Notes: a model not told the origin generated them from the sequence alone. DNA of 58,900 bases from Fidelibacterota bacterium (GCA_049975265.1 JBNGDF010000014.1:5507-64406), one strand, 5' to 3'. Positions 9,986 through 20,145 are shown, counted from the stretch's first letter. A program made the numbers and translations.

Positions 9986-10441
9986 TCAAAGACTGCTGTC
10001 GCGCAATTCGAAATTGACTTTCCGCAATTTGCCGGTCAATATCTTTGCCAGATTTTTCATAATTACAAAGCCGATGTGTTCGTTCTCCTCCAGAAAACGG
10101 TGAAAATCCAGATAATTGGCATAGAGGCAGAAGGAATCCTCTTCGGCAATGACCGATGCCGAGCGGGTCGAACCATCGATCAGGGCGAATTCGCCATATA
10201 TTTCATTATCCCGCAATGTCGCAATTTTTTCCCGATCTCCCGGACTGGTACTGGATGACATCACCACTTTTACGCGCCCCCGCCCGATGATGTAAAGATC
10301 ATTGGAAGGTTCACCTTCTTTCAGGATAATATCATTCGTCCTAAACTGTTTTGAGTGGAAAATTCTCGCCAGAAGTCGGAGTTCCTCATCGTTGAGCCCA
10401 TAACAGAGTTCCGAACGTCTTAATACGTCTACAACATTCAT
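9986..10441 (-). CDS. Stand-alone cyclic nucleotide-binding domain protein (no HTH)
   Basis: LKEGEPSNDLYIIGRGRVKV and YGEFALIDGSTRSASV phosphate-binding cassette; 151 aa. Confidence 0.88.
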   Translation of the reverse strand: MNVVDVLRRSELCYGLNDEELRLLARIFHSKQFRTNDIILKEGEPSNDLYIIGRGRVKVVMSSSTSPGDREKIATLRDNEIYGEFALIDGSTRSASVIAEEDSFCLYANYLDFHRFLEENEHIGFVIMKNLAKILTGKLRKVNFELRDSSL

Positions 10442-10451
10442 GATCGCCCCT

Positions 10452-11345
10452 TTATGTTTGGATATTTTTCTCGGCTAAATATACGGTATTGGAAATCAAC
10501 ATGGCAATGGTCATCGGACCCACCCCGCCGGGTACCGGCGTTATGGCAGCGACCTTACCAAACACATCATCGTAATTTACATCGCCCACCAATCGATAGC
10601 CGCGCCTGGCATTCGGATCATCAACACGATTGATTCCGACGTCAATCACCACGGCTCCCTCTTTAACATAATGCCGGTCTATCAATTGCGGCTTTCCGAT
10701 CGCCGAAATCAGAATATCCGCCTGTTGACAAATCTCCTGCAGATTTTTTGTCCGGGAATGGCAAAGCGTCACTGTGGCGTTTCCCAGCGCCCGTTTTTGC
10801 CAGAGCAGATTGGCGATCGGCTTCCCGACGATATTACTGCGCCCGATTATGACGGCATGTTTGCCGTTCGGATCGATGTCTGAATACTTCAATAACATCA
10901 AAATCCCGTGGGGCGTACAGGGCAACGGAGCAGGGACACCAAGGATCATCTTACCCAGATTCACCGGATGAATTCCGTCGGCATCCTTTTCAGGATCAAT
11001 TGACTGAATAATCTCCAGCTCATTCAGATGCCCCGGAACAGGCAATTGGACCAGAATCCCGTGAAAACGATCGTCCCGGTTCAACTTTTCAATTAGTCTC
11101 TTCAGCTCCGCTTGAGTCGTCTCCGCCGGTAATCGGAACGACTCCGAAAATAGATCCATCGCTTCAAACGCCTTGCCCTTCATCCGCACATAACTCTGCG
11201 AGGCGGGATCGTCACCCACCAGAATCACCGCCAGTCCCGGCGTAATACCCTGCTTTTTTAATGTTTGAATTGCCGGAACCAGCGCTTCTCTTACTTTGGC
11301 GGAAATATCTTTTCCATCAATGATGAATGGCTGTCTACTTGGCAT
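10452..11345 (-). CDS. folD: Bifunctional methylenetetrahydrofolate dehydrogenase/cyclohydrolase
   Basis: GILVQLP, KDADGIHP, PCTPHG, GRSNIVGKP, TPVPGGVGPMT. ATG 11345 overlaps the rny end by 11 nt. Confidence 0.97.
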   Translation of the reverse strand: MPSRQPFIIDGKDISAKVREALVPAIQTLKKQGITPGLAVILVGDDPASQSYVRMKGKAFEAMDLFSESFRLPAETTQAELKRLIEKLNRDDRFHGILVQLPVPGHLNELEIIQSIDPEKDADGIHPVNLGKMILGVPAPLPCTPHGILMLLKYSDIDPNGKHAVIIGRSNIVGKPIANLLWQKRALGNATVTLCHSRTKNLQEICQQADILISAIGKPQLIDRHYVKEGAVVIDVGINRVDDPNARRGYRLVGDVNYDDVFGKVAAITPVPGGVGPMTIAMLISNTVYLAEKNIQT

Positions 11346-12882
11346 AACTGACACTTCGATGTTCCCGGACGACAACGACTTTGATCTGTCCCGGATAGTT
11401 CAAATCGGTTTGGATTTTGGTGGCAATTTCGTCCGCCAGGTTGTCGGCTTCAATATCATTCACCACCTCATTTTCTACAATCACCCGGACTTCCCGACCC
11501 GCCTGAATGGCGTAAGTCTTGGAAACGCCCTCGAAATTGTTGGCGATTTCTTCCAACTTCGCCAGTCGCTGAATATAGCTCTCCAGCGTGTCACCCCGGG
11601 CACCGCGCCGGGAACCGCTAATCTGGTCGGCTGCCGCCACAATGACCGAGATCGGATGGGTTGCTTCCACCTCCTCGTGGTGAGAGGCAATCGCATTGAT
11701 GACGATTTCGTTTTCCTTAAACTTGCGGGCAATATCCGCTCCAATCAGGGCATGCGTCCCGGTGACATTGCGGTCAATCGCCTTGCCAATATCGTGCAGC
11801 AGACCGGCACGCTTGGCAATCTCGCCGTTCAGCCCGAGCTCCGCCGCCATTAATCCTGACAGCCAGGCGACTTCAACGGAATGCTTCAGAACATTCTGCC
11901 CATAGGAGGTTCGATATTTTAATTTCCCCAGCGTTTTCATCAATTCCGGCGGTAGCGGCGCCAGTCCGACTTCATCGATTGCCTCTTCAGCGGCGTGTAA
12001 AATCGATTCATCCACCTCTACGGTCGCCTTTTTGATCATCTCTTCGATCCGCGATGGGTGTATCCGACCGTCCAGCACCAATTTTTCCAGCGCAATGCGG
12101 GCAATTTCCCGTCGTACCGGGTCAAATCCGGAAAGCACCACCGCCTCCGGGGTGTCGTCAACAATTATCTCCACCCCTGTCAGCGATTCAAAATGCCGGA
12201 TATTGCGACCTTCCCGCCCGATAATCCGTCCCTTCATGTTGTCATTTGGCAGGTTTACCACTGACACGGTTGTCTCGGCGGTATGATCGGCGGCGGAGCG
12301 TTGAATCGCTGCGACAATAATCTTTTTTGCCTCCCGCGTAGCTTCGGCAAGGGCTGTATCACGCATCTCTTTGACTTTTTTGGCAATACCGGATTTGGCA
12401 TTCTCCATTAGATTTTCCATCAGGATATCCTGGGCTTCTTTACGGGACATCCCGGCTATCCGCTCCAGTCGATCCGTCTGTATCTCGATAATTTTCTGGA
12501 TTTCCGCATCTTTCTGCGACAAGGCGGATTGTTGCTTCTTGATCGCTGCATCCCGCTTGTCAAGTTCCTCCGCTTTCTTATCGGCAATCTCCATTTTGCG
12601 TTCCAGATAAAATTCCCGCTTGACTAGCTTCTTTTCCAGTTCCCGCACCTCCCGCATCTTGTTGCGGGATTCCTCCTCGGCGCGCTGTTTGATGCGGAGA
12701 GATTCATCTTTTGCCTCGAGGCGGCTTTCCCGCAGGATGGCGTCCGCCTCTTTTTTGGCATTTTCAACCAGCCCGGCAACGGTCGACCTGGTTCTCTTCA
12801 ATTTTTGGGTATAGAGAAAAAGTGCCAGCCCGGCGCCGACCAATACGCCAATCAATCCTATTACTACATTCAGTATCCACAT
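11335..12882 (-). CDS. rny: Ribonuclease Y
   Basis: N-terminal TM, coiled coil, KH motif KGRIIGREGRNIR, HD motif LLHDIGK. Confidence 0.97.
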   Translation of the reverse strand: MWILNVVIGLIGVLVGAGLALFLYTQKLKRTRSTVAGLVENAKKEADAILRESRLEAKDESLRIKQRAEEESRNKMREVRELEKKLVKREFYLERKMEIADKKAEELDKRDAAIKKQQSALSQKDAEIQKIIEIQTDRLERIAGMSRKEAQDILMENLMENAKSGIAKKVKEMRDTALAEATREAKKIIVAAIQRSAADHTAETTVSVVNLPNDNMKGRIIGREGRNIRHFESLTGVEIIVDDTPEAVVLSGFDPVRREIARIALEKLVLDGRIHPSRIEEMIKKATVEVDESILHAAEEAIDEVGLAPLPPELMKTLGKLKYRTSYGQNVLKHSVEVAWLSGLMAAELGLNGEIAKRAGLLHDIGKAIDRNVTGTHALIGADIARKFKENEIVINAIASHHEEVEATHPISVIVAAADQISGSRRGARGDTLESYIQRLAKLEEIANNFEGVSKTYAIQAGREVRVIVENEVVNDIEADNLADEIATKIQTDLNYPGQIKVVVVREHRSVSYAK

Positions 12883-12977
12883 GATTTCTCCTAACTAAAA
12901 GATTCGGCAACTTCGCTTAGTTGCAGAACTTTAACCGGAAAATGGCAACAGTGAGATTTATTTATAAAGAAAGATGG

Positions 12978-13283
12978 TTAGGTATCTTCGTTCAATTTTT
13001 CATCAATAAGATCGACCAGGAACATCGTCTTCTCGTTGATCTTATGATTGATTTCTTCCTTCTCTTTATTGCTGCTGAAGAGTTCATCGGTGATGTTCAT
13101 GGCAGCTAATATTGCAACCCGCAAAGGCGATTGAACGGTGGTCAGTGAATTTTCCACCTCTTCCATTTTTTCATTCACGTAGCTCGCTACGCTTACAATG
13201 TAAGACGGATCAGCCTTGGCTTTAACGGTATATTCCTGGCCGTAAATCGTGACGCGTACTAGATTGTCTTTCTGCTCTTCCAT
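12978..13283 (-). CDS. zapA: Cell division protein ZapA
   Basis: VTIYGQEYTV, VASYVNEKM, AILAAMNITDEL; canonical pheT-zapB-zapA-rny synteny. Confidence 0.9.
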   Translation of the reverse strand: MEEQKDNLVRVTIYGQEYTVKAKADPSYIVSVASYVNEKMEEVENSLTTVQSPLRVAILAAMNITDELFSSNKEKEEINHKINEKTMFLVDLIDEKLNEDT

Positions 13284-13325
13284 CTTTTTATATCATCTTG
13301 AATCCGGTTAAAGCGGTTGAGAGTG

Positions 13326-13526
13326 CTAAAAATTGTCCAAATCGTCAAGCATTCCCTCAACCATAGTTCGTAATTGTTGCCTCTTTTTTTGATCCAACAT
13401 TTTTTCAAGGGATACACCCTCATTCAGTTCTGTTTTTATCGTTCTGTTCTCCTCTTGTAGTTTGGTTACCAAAGCAAGCAGAGCACGGATTCTTTCTTCC
13501 AATAAATTTAAATTTGCTAAATCCAC
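13326..13526 (-). CDS. ZapB-like short coiled-coil protein
   Basis: 66-aa heptad coiled coil (LLEERIRALL...LQEEN) between pheT and zapA. Confidence 0.7.
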   Translation of the reverse strand: MDLANLNLLEERIRALLALVTKLQEENRTIKTELNEGVSLEKMLDQKKRQQLRTMVEGMLDDLDNF

Positions 13527-13536
13527 TCCGGCTTCT

Positions 13537-15924
13537 CTACCTTAATTGTGCTCCCACTTCATCCTTTAATATTTTGTGAAGGGCAGCCATTTTTTCATCA
13601 ATTTCAATATCCTGTAACGTTCGATCATCTGCCTGAAATACCAAATTAAATGTAATACTTTTTAAACCTTTGTCAATATTTTTTCCTTGATAAAGGTCGT
13701 AGAACTTTAATTCTTTCAAGTATTCACCGGCATTTTTTCGAATAATCGCCTCAATTTCGGCTAATTTCAGATCTTCCCGGACCAAAACTGAAATATCCCG
13801 ATCGGTGCTGGGATATACCGGCAACGGTGTGAAAGATTTGCTTAAATCGGTATGTTTCAACAGGATCGATACATCTCCTTCAAAAACGAATACCGGAGCC
13901 TCAATGTCCCACTCTTTAACCAAATATCCCTTGTCCACCTGACCCAGATATCCGAGCAGATCGTCCCGGTATTTGACCTCAAGCAATATGCCAAAATGTT
14001 CCTGTTCCGCCGGTTGAAATTCAACGGCTGTAATGCCGAATTTCTCGAAAAGAGCCACCAGTAAACCTTTGAGGACAAAGATGTCGACCGTGCGTTGCTC
14101 AAAGCCCCAATATTTTTGTTCCAAATAGCCCGTCAGTAAAACCGCATAGTGCTGGAATTCGCAGACATGTGTCTCCTGACAGTGATCATAATGCTGGACA
14201 AAACCGATTTCAAAGAGCTGCAGATCGGTATTGCGACGATTGAAATTGTGTTGTGCGTTGTGAAGCAAACCGGGAATCAGCGTCGTGCGCATCCGTGACA
14301 TCTCTTTGCCCAGCGGATTTTTTATCGGCACCGGCGTTAGCTTCTGCGGTCCAAACTCGGTCTGCTTTTGACTCACCAGCGAATTGTTGTACACTTCATA
14401 CAACCCGAAATTCGCCAGTGACAGGCGCAACCGCTCCGTCAGCTGGTAGTCCAGCGGCTCTTCATAATTCGGTTGAATGTGCATCTCCCGGGCATTCGGC
14501 ACCCGGTGCATACCGTAAATCCGCACCACCTCTTCAATCATATCCACTTCCCGCTCCAGATCGGGTCGCCAACCGGGCGCTTTCAATACGACACAATCCT
14601 CATCCTGAGTCAGGATTTCGCAGCCCAGTTTTCTGAATTTCGTTACCATCCACTGCGGCTCAATTTCCAGACCGAGGAGCGCGTTGACACGCTGAAAACG
14701 AACCTTGATTCGGGCCGGCTCGATTTTCCGAATGTAGTTATCCACGACTCCCCTGGTAATCTCTCCACCCGCCAATTGGACAATTAAAGCCGTCAGGCGG
14801 TTCAGTGCATAGAGAGCCCCTTCTGGATCGGCTCCTCGTTCGAAGCGGTAGGATGCATCGGTTTGCAATCCGAGATAGCGGGAGCCCTGTCGAATCGTCG
14901 CCGGGTCAAAATAGGCACTCTCGATTAAAATATCGGTGGTGTCTGAAGTGATTTCGGAGTTTTCCAGACCCATAATCCCGGCAACAGCCACCGGTTTTTC
15001 AGCATCGCATATCAGCAGAACATCATCGTTCAATTCACGCCGAACACCGTCCAGGGTAACCACCGTTTCACCATCTGCCGCATTGCGAACCACAATCTTC
15101 TTTCCGGCGATCATGCGGTAATCAAAGGTATGCAGCGGATGACCGGTCTCCAGCAGCACAAAATTGGCGGCATCGACAACATTGTTAATCGAACGCTGAC
15201 CGACACTCAGCAGACTGTCTACCAGCCATTTAGGTGACGGACCGATCTTCACACCACGTACGACCCGGGCTGCATAACGGGGACATCCGAAGGGGTTTTC
15301 GATCTCCACCGCTATATAATCGCTTGTCTCGGCGGAAACTTCCTGAAAGCTGACCTCCGGAATTCGTAAAACATCATCGGTCAGCAGTGTAATATCCCGG
15401 GCAACGCCGATATGAGAAGCACAGTCCGGTCGGTTCGGTGTCAAGTCAATATCGATCCGGGTACCCCTTCCAGAAAGGTAACCACGCAAATCACCACCGA
15501 GTGGAGCACTGTCCGGCAGCACCATGATGCCACTGTGATCGTCGGACAGACCCAGTTCGTCCTCAGCACAAATCATCCCCTCGGACTGAATTCCCCGAAT
15601 TTTGACCGGTTTCAGCCGCATTCCGTTGGGCAACACCGTCCCGATCCGGGCTAACGGCACCTTTTGTCCTGGTATTACGTTCGGCGCTCCGCAGATAACG
15701 CTCAGCGCTCCGGAACCTGTCGCCACCCGACAGATTTTCAGCCGGTCGGCATTGGGATGCGGCAGCACTTCCTGAATTTCTGCAATAATGACCCCTTCAA
15801 TCCGATCGGCGGCATTCTCAATAATTTTCGATTCGAGTCCCAGATAGGTCAGCTTCTCCTCAAGTTCTTTGGGACTGTAAGGAATATCCGTATATTTCTG
15901 CAGCCACTTTGTATTTACTATCAT
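13537..15924 (-). CDS. pheT: Phenylalanyl-tRNA synthetase beta subunit
   Basis: HPNADRL, CGAPNV, TPNRPD, RFERG, C-terminal DLYQG ferredoxin-fold anticodon-binding domain. Confidence 0.98.
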   Translation of the reverse strand: MIVNTKWLQKYTDIPYSPKELEEKLTYLGLESKIIENAADRIEGVIIAEIQEVLPHPNADRLKICRVATGSGALSVICGAPNVIPGQKVPLARIGTVLPNGMRLKPVKIRGIQSEGMICAEDELGLSDDHSGIMVLPDSAPLGGDLRGYLSGRGTRIDIDLTPNRPDCASHIGVARDITLLTDDVLRIPEVSFQEVSAETSDYIAVEIENPFGCPRYAARVVRGVKIGPSPKWLVDSLLSVGQRSINNVVDAANFVLLETGHPLHTFDYRMIAGKKIVVRNAADGETVVTLDGVRRELNDDVLLICDAEKPVAVAGIMGLENSEITSDTTDILIESAYFDPATIRQGSRYLGLQTDASYRFERGADPEGALYALNRLTALIVQLAGGEITRGVVDNYIRKIEPARIKVRFQRVNALLGLEIEPQWMVTKFRKLGCEILTQDEDCVVLKAPGWRPDLEREVDMIEEVVRIYGMHRVPNAREMHIQPNYEEPLDYQLTERLRLSLANFGLYEVYNNSLVSQKQTEFGPQKLTPVPIKNPLGKEMSRMRTTLIPGLLHNAQHNFNRRNTDLQLFEIGFVQHYDHCQETHVCEFQHYAVLLTGYLEQKYWGFEQRTVDIFVLKGLLVALFEKFGITAVEFQPAEQEHFGILLEVKYRDDLLGYLGQVDKGYLVKEWDIEAPVFVFEGDVSILLKHTDLSKSFTPLPVYPSTDRDISVLVREDLKLAEIEAIIRKNAGEYLKELKFYDLYQGKNIDKGLKSITFNLVFQADDRTLQDIEIDEKMAALHKILKDEVGAQLR

Positions 15925-15969
15925 CGAATAACCGTATTCTTCATATTCCCAATCAAAACAACGCCAATT

Positions 15970-16986
15970 TTAAAATTGCCGCAGGAAGCGAATATCCCCT
16001 TCATACAGCAAGCGAATATCATCGATACCGTACTTTAGAAGAGCGATTCGCTCCACTCCCATTCCGAACGCATAACCCGTGTATCTCTCCGGGTCGATAT
16101 GACAGGCAGCGAATACATTCGGATCAACCATTCCGCACCCCATAATTTCCAGCCAGCCGGTGTATTTACACAGTCGGCAACCGGCGCCGCCACAAATTAT
16201 GCAGGAGATGTCCACCTCTGCGCTGGGCTCGGTAAACGGGAAAAAACTCGGTCGAAACCGCAATTGCACATCTTTGCCAAAAAATCTCTTGGCAAATACC
16301 TCGATTGTCAGTTTCAGTTCGGCAAAGGTTACCTTTTCATCCACATAAAGACCTTCAATCTGATGAAACACGCAATAGCTGCGGGGATTGATTGCTTCGT
16401 TGCGATAAACCCGTCCGGGTGCCAGGATGCGGACAGGTGGTTTCGTTTTCAGCATTGTCCGAATCTGAATGGGCGATGTGTGGGTGCGCAATAAAATGTC
16501 CTGATCAATAAAAAAGGTGTCCTGCATGTCCCGGGCTGGATGATTCGGTGGAAAGTTCAACGCCTGAAAATTATTAAAATCGGTCTCCACTTCCGGACCG
16601 AATTCGATACCGAATCCCATCTCGCTGAAAATATTACAAATTCGGTTCATGGTCTGAGTAACCGGATGGAGTCGCCCGACTCGAAAGGGGTAACCGGGCA
16701 GGGTATAATCAAAGCTTGCATCCTCTTTGCCCTGCTCCGCAACCCCGTTTTTCAGGTTTTTGATCTGGTCTTCAGCGGTTTTCTTTAATGTATTCAGCGC
16801 CTTACCAAATTCCCGCTTTTCACCGGAACTCAGCGTGCCGAAGTCTTTGAAAAGAGCCGCAATCAGACCCTTCTTGCCAAGATACTTGATCCGCAGGTTT
16901 TCAACGGATTTAGCGTTGATGTCTATTTCTGAGAGATCATGTTGTAGCTGCTTTTGAACCTCGTGAATACCTTCCAACAGGCTCAT
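15970..16986 (-). CDS. pheS: Phenylalanyl-tRNA synthetase alpha subunit
   Basis: HPARDMQDTF, LRTHTS, FHQIEG, FPFTEPSAE, AFGMGVER. Confidence 0.98.
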   Translation of the reverse strand: MSLLEGIHEVQKQLQHDLSEIDINAKSVENLRIKYLGKKGLIAALFKDFGTLSSGEKREFGKALNTLKKTAEDQIKNLKNGVAEQGKEDASFDYTLPGYPFRVGRLHPVTQTMNRICNIFSEMGFGIEFGPEVETDFNNFQALNFPPNHPARDMQDTFFIDQDILLRTHTSPIQIRTMLKTKPPVRILAPGRVYRNEAINPRSYCVFHQIEGLYVDEKVTFAELKLTIEVFAKRFFGKDVQLRFRPSFFPFTEPSAEVDISCIICGGAGCRLCKYTGWLEIMGCGMVDPNVFAACHIDPERYTGYAFGMGVERIALLKYGIDDIRLLYEGDIRFLRQF

Positions 16987-16989
16987 GGT

Positions 16990-17337
16990 TCATGCCTTTG
17001 CCATTTCAACCAGTTTGGCAAATCCCTCAGGATCCCTGACGGCAATATCCGCCAGCGCTTTGCGGTCGAGTGCCACGCCCTTCATCTTTAGGCTGTGAAT
17101 AAATTTGCTGTAGGATAAATCGTAAGGACGCACTGCGGCATTGATCCGGGCAATCCATAAACCCCGAAATTCCCGTTTTTTTACGCGCCGGTCACGATAG
17201 GCATATTGCAGCGCTTTCTCGACGGCGTCTTTGGCATTGACATAGAGCTTGCTACGGGAGCCGCGATAACCCTTCGCCATTTTAATTAATTTCCGGTGCT
17301 TTCTATGGTGCGGCACCGAACTATTTGCTCTCGGCAT
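16990..17337 (-). CDS. rplT: 50S ribosomal protein L20
   Basis: [27 protein letters not shown]. Confidence 0.98.
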   Translation of the reverse strand: MPRANSSVPHHRKHRKLIKMAKGYRGSRSKLYVNAKDAVEKALQYAYRDRRVKKREFRGLWIARINAAVRPYDLSYSKFIHSLKMKGVALDRKALADIAVRDPEGFAKLVEMAKA

Positions 17338-17347
17338 AATGTAACTC

Positions 17348-17542
17348 CTAACTTGAGATCATTTTTTTAACTCTTTTTTCATCAGCCGGCGCCACGACGC
17401 CCGACTGTCCCAATCTTCGTTTCCGCTTGGATGTTTTTTTTGTCAGGATATGGGCAAAATTTGCTTTGTTCCGCTTGATTTTCCCAGATCCGGTCAGCTT
17501 AAAACGTTTCGCGGCGGATCGCCTTGTCTTCATCTTTGGCAT
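17348..17542 (-). CDS. rpmI: 50S ribosomal protein L35
   Basis: [27 protein letters not shown]. Confidence 0.98.
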   Translation of the reverse strand: MPKMKTRRSAAKRFKLTGSGKIKRNKANFAHILTKKTSKRKRRLGQSGVVAPADEKRVKKMISS

Positions 17543-17555
17543 TCTATTTTGTCTC

Positions 17556-18065
17556 CTATTTTGCTGTCAGAATCGTCACAATCGAGCGCCCCTCAAAATT
17601 TGGCGCTTTGTCAACTTCGCAGACATCGGAAAGCATCTCGAGAATTTTATTGATCAGCTCCACGCCCACCTCCTGATGCGCCAGTTCTCGACCTCGGAAC
17701 ATCAGGGTGATTTTCACTTTATAACCTTCTGCTAAAAATTCACGAACGTGATTGACCTTCATATTCAGATCATGGTCACCGATCCGTGGCCGAAAACGAA
17801 CCTCTTTGATCTTAACGACATGCTGTTTTTTCTTGTTTTCACGTTCCTTCATCTGTTTCTGATATTTGTATTTGCCAAAATCCATAATTTTGCAGACCGG
17901 CGGTTTGGCATCGGCTGAGATTTCCACCAGATCAAGCCCGAATTCATCGGCTCTGTCCAGTGCTTCCCGCTGTGATACTATCCCGACCTGTTTCCCTTCG
18001 GGATCAATCAGTCGTACGGTTTGTGCACGAATCTGCTCATTAATGCGTAACTTTTTCTCTATGAT
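17556..18065 (-). CDS. infC: Translation initiation factor IF-3, non-AUG start (ATC 18065 or ATA 18062)
   Basis: The frame extends upstream of the ORF-track start with [19 protein letters not shown]...GLDLVEIS...[11 protein letters not shown]. No in-frame ATG/GTG/TTG near the AGGAG SD at 18075-18071. Confidence 0.93.
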   Translation of the reverse strand: MIEKKLRINEQIRAQTVRLIDPEGKQVGIVSQREALDRADEFGLDLVEISADAKPPVCKIMDFGKYKYQKQMKERENKKKQHVVKIKEVRFRPRIGDHDLNMKVNHVREFLAEGYKVKITLMFRGRELAHQEVGVELINKILEMLSDVCEVDKAPNFEGRSIVTILTAK

Positions 18066-18075
18066 AACATCTCCT

Positions 18076-20004
18076 CTATTGTTTTTCTATCTCTTCTTCG
18101 ATAATCGAAATTGCTTTCTCCCAATCATAGACCCCTTTTTGCCCGGATTTACGCCGCCGGATGGATACCGATCGACTCTCTGCTTCCCGCTCACCAATGA
18201 TGAACATGTAGGGAATTTTCATCAATTCGGCTTCCCGGATTTTGGCACCCATGGTGTCACTTTTATGATTGAATTCGGCACGAATCGACTTTTTTTGTAA
18301 ACGGCGATAAAATTCTCTTGCCACCTCATTTTGATTTTCAGAAATCGGGATGACCACTGCCTGGACCGGCGTCAGCCAAACCGGAAAATCACCCAGTGTG
18401 TTCTCAATCAGAACCCCGACGAACCGCTCCAGTGACCCCATAATCGCCCGGTGAATCATATAAGGCTGGCGTTTTTCATTATCACTGGAAATATAGCCCA
18501 TGTCAAATCGCTCTGGCAGGTTAAAATCAAACTGAATGGTCGTACATTGCCAGCTGCGGTTAAGTGCATCTTTGATTTTTATATCGATTTTCGGTCCATA
18601 GAAGGCACCTCCGCCCTCATCCAGGGCATATTCGACCTTCATCTCATCCAGGGCATATTTCAGCGCAGTCGTCGCCTCTTCCCACTTAGCGGGTTCGCCC
18701 ACATATTTGTCCCTCGGCTTGGTGGCGACAAATACTTCAAATTCATTAAAGCCGAATTTCCGGATATAATCGAAGGAGAACTGCACCAGTTTGATAATCT
18801 CCTCGTTCAGTTGTGCCGGCGTACAGATAATGTGGGCATCATCCTGAGTGAAGCCGCGCACCCGCATCAGTCCATGCAGTACACCCGACAATTCATACCG
18901 ATACACCGTTCCCAATTCCGCATATTTAATCGGCAAATCTCGGTAGCTGCGGGTTTTTGATTTATAGACCTGAATATGGAAGGGGCAGTTCATCGGCTTG
19001 ATAAAGTACTCGTCCCCTTCGATTTTCATGGAATCGAACATGAATTCACGATAGAATCCAAGGTGACCGCTGGTTTCCCACAAATTCGATTTCCCGATAT
19101 GGGGTGTCTGCACCAGTTCATAACCCCGGTCAAGATGTTCCCGAATCCAGTAGTCTTTAATCGTCTGAAGCAACATGGCACCGCGGGGATACCAGATCAC
19201 CAGACCGGGACCCACCTGCTCATTGATTTCAAACAGTTCCAGAGATTTACCGATTTTGCGGTGATCACGGCGCTTCGCTTCTTCGAGAAAATTGAGATAT
19301 TTCTTTAGCTCCTTTTCGGAGGGAAAAGAGGTGCCGTAAATCCTTGTCAGCATCTTATTGCGGGAATCACCCCGCCAGTAGGCACCGGCTGTATTCAGCA
19401 GTTTAAAAGCCTTGATCTTGCCGGTGGAAGGGATATGCGGTCCCCGGCAGAGATCGGTAAAATCCCCCTGCGTATATACAGAGAGAACCTCATTTTCAGC
19501 GATGAGTTGAATAATTTCGACCTTGTAGGTCTCTCCCGCCGCTTCGAATCGTTTCAATAATTCCCCGCGGGTAAATTCCTCTCGCCTAATCGGAATATCT
19601 TCTGCAATTATTTTCCGCATCCGTGCTTCAATTTTTTCCAGATCTTCCTCGGTAAAGGGCGTCTCTGTATCAAAATCATAATAGAAACGGTTCTCGATAG
19701 CCGGACCGATGGCGACTTTGACATCGGGATAGAGCTGTTTAACCGCCTGCGCCATCACATGGGAGGTGCTGTGCAGGAGTATGTCGTGAGCCTCAGGCGA
19801 TTTATAGGTAATTAATTCGACTCTTGAATCGGCGGTAATCGGAATATATAAGTCGACAAGTTGACCGTTTACTTTCGCAGCGAGAGAATTTTGAAACAGC
19901 CCATCACTGATAGATTTAGCAATATCGGCAGGCGTCATACCGGTATCCACCGACATCTGTGTACCGTCGGGAAGTGTGACTGTAATCTTCTGTATGGGGC
20001 TCAA
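18076..20004 (-). CDS. thrS: Threonyl-tRNA synthetase
   Basis: TGS domain, DLCRGPH editing motif, RDHRKIG, KPMNCP, RVRGFTQDDAH, AFYGPKID; TTG start after AAGGA. Confidence 0.98.
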   Translation of the reverse strand: MSPIQKITVTLPDGTQMSVDTGMTPADIAKSISDGLFQNSLAAKVNGQLVDLYIPITADSRVELITYKSPEAHDILLHSTSHVMAQAVKQLYPDVKVAIGPAIENRFYYDFDTETPFTEEDLEKIEARMRKIIAEDIPIRREEFTRGELLKRFEAAGETYKVEIIQLIAENEVLSVYTQGDFTDLCRGPHIPSTGKIKAFKLLNTAGAYWRGDSRNKMLTRIYGTSFPSEKELKKYLNFLEEAKRRDHRKIGKSLELFEINEQVGPGLVIWYPRGAMLLQTIKDYWIREHLDRGYELVQTPHIGKSNLWETSGHLGFYREFMFDSMKIEGDEYFIKPMNCPFHIQVYKSKTRSYRDLPIKYAELGTVYRYELSGVLHGLMRVRGFTQDDAHIICTPAQLNEEIIKLVQFSFDYIRKFGFNEFEVFVATKPRDKYVGEPAKWEEATTALKYALDEMKVEYALDEGGGAFYGPKIDIKIKDALNRSWQCTTIQFDFNLPERFDMGYISSDNEKRQPYMIHRAIMGSLERFVGVLIENTLGDFPVWLTPVQAVVIPISENQNEVAREFYRRLQKKSIRAEFNHKSDTMGAKIREAELMKIPYMFIIGEREAESRSVSIRRRKSGQKGVYDWEKAISIIEEEIEKQ

Positions 20005-20071
20005 AATTACTTTCCTTTTTATTCTCGCTATTCACCTTGACCTCTGGTAAAAAATTGAGGTGTCAATCCTG

Positions 20072-20145
20072 TGGGCGATACTGGACTCGAACCAGTGACC
20101 CCTTGCATGTCAAGCAAGTACTCTAACCACCTGAGCTAATCGCCC
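20072..20145 (-). tRNA. tRNA-Val (GAC), CCA not encoded
   Basis: GGGCGATTAGCTCAGGTGGTTAGAGTA-CTTGC TTGACAT GCAAG-GGGTC-ACTGG TTCGAGT CCAGT-ATCGCCC-A cloverleaf. Confidence 0.97.

Noticed and set aside
12883..12977. 6S RNA between zapA and rny
   Set aside because: Only 95 nt, AT-rich, one 6-bp hairpin, no rod with a central bubble.
13303..13329. CIRCE half-site TTAGCACTC (minus strand) at the zapB stop
   Set aside because: The second half 9 nt away is TTAACCGGA, not GAGTGCTAA; it overlaps a stop codon and the downstream gene is not a chaperone.
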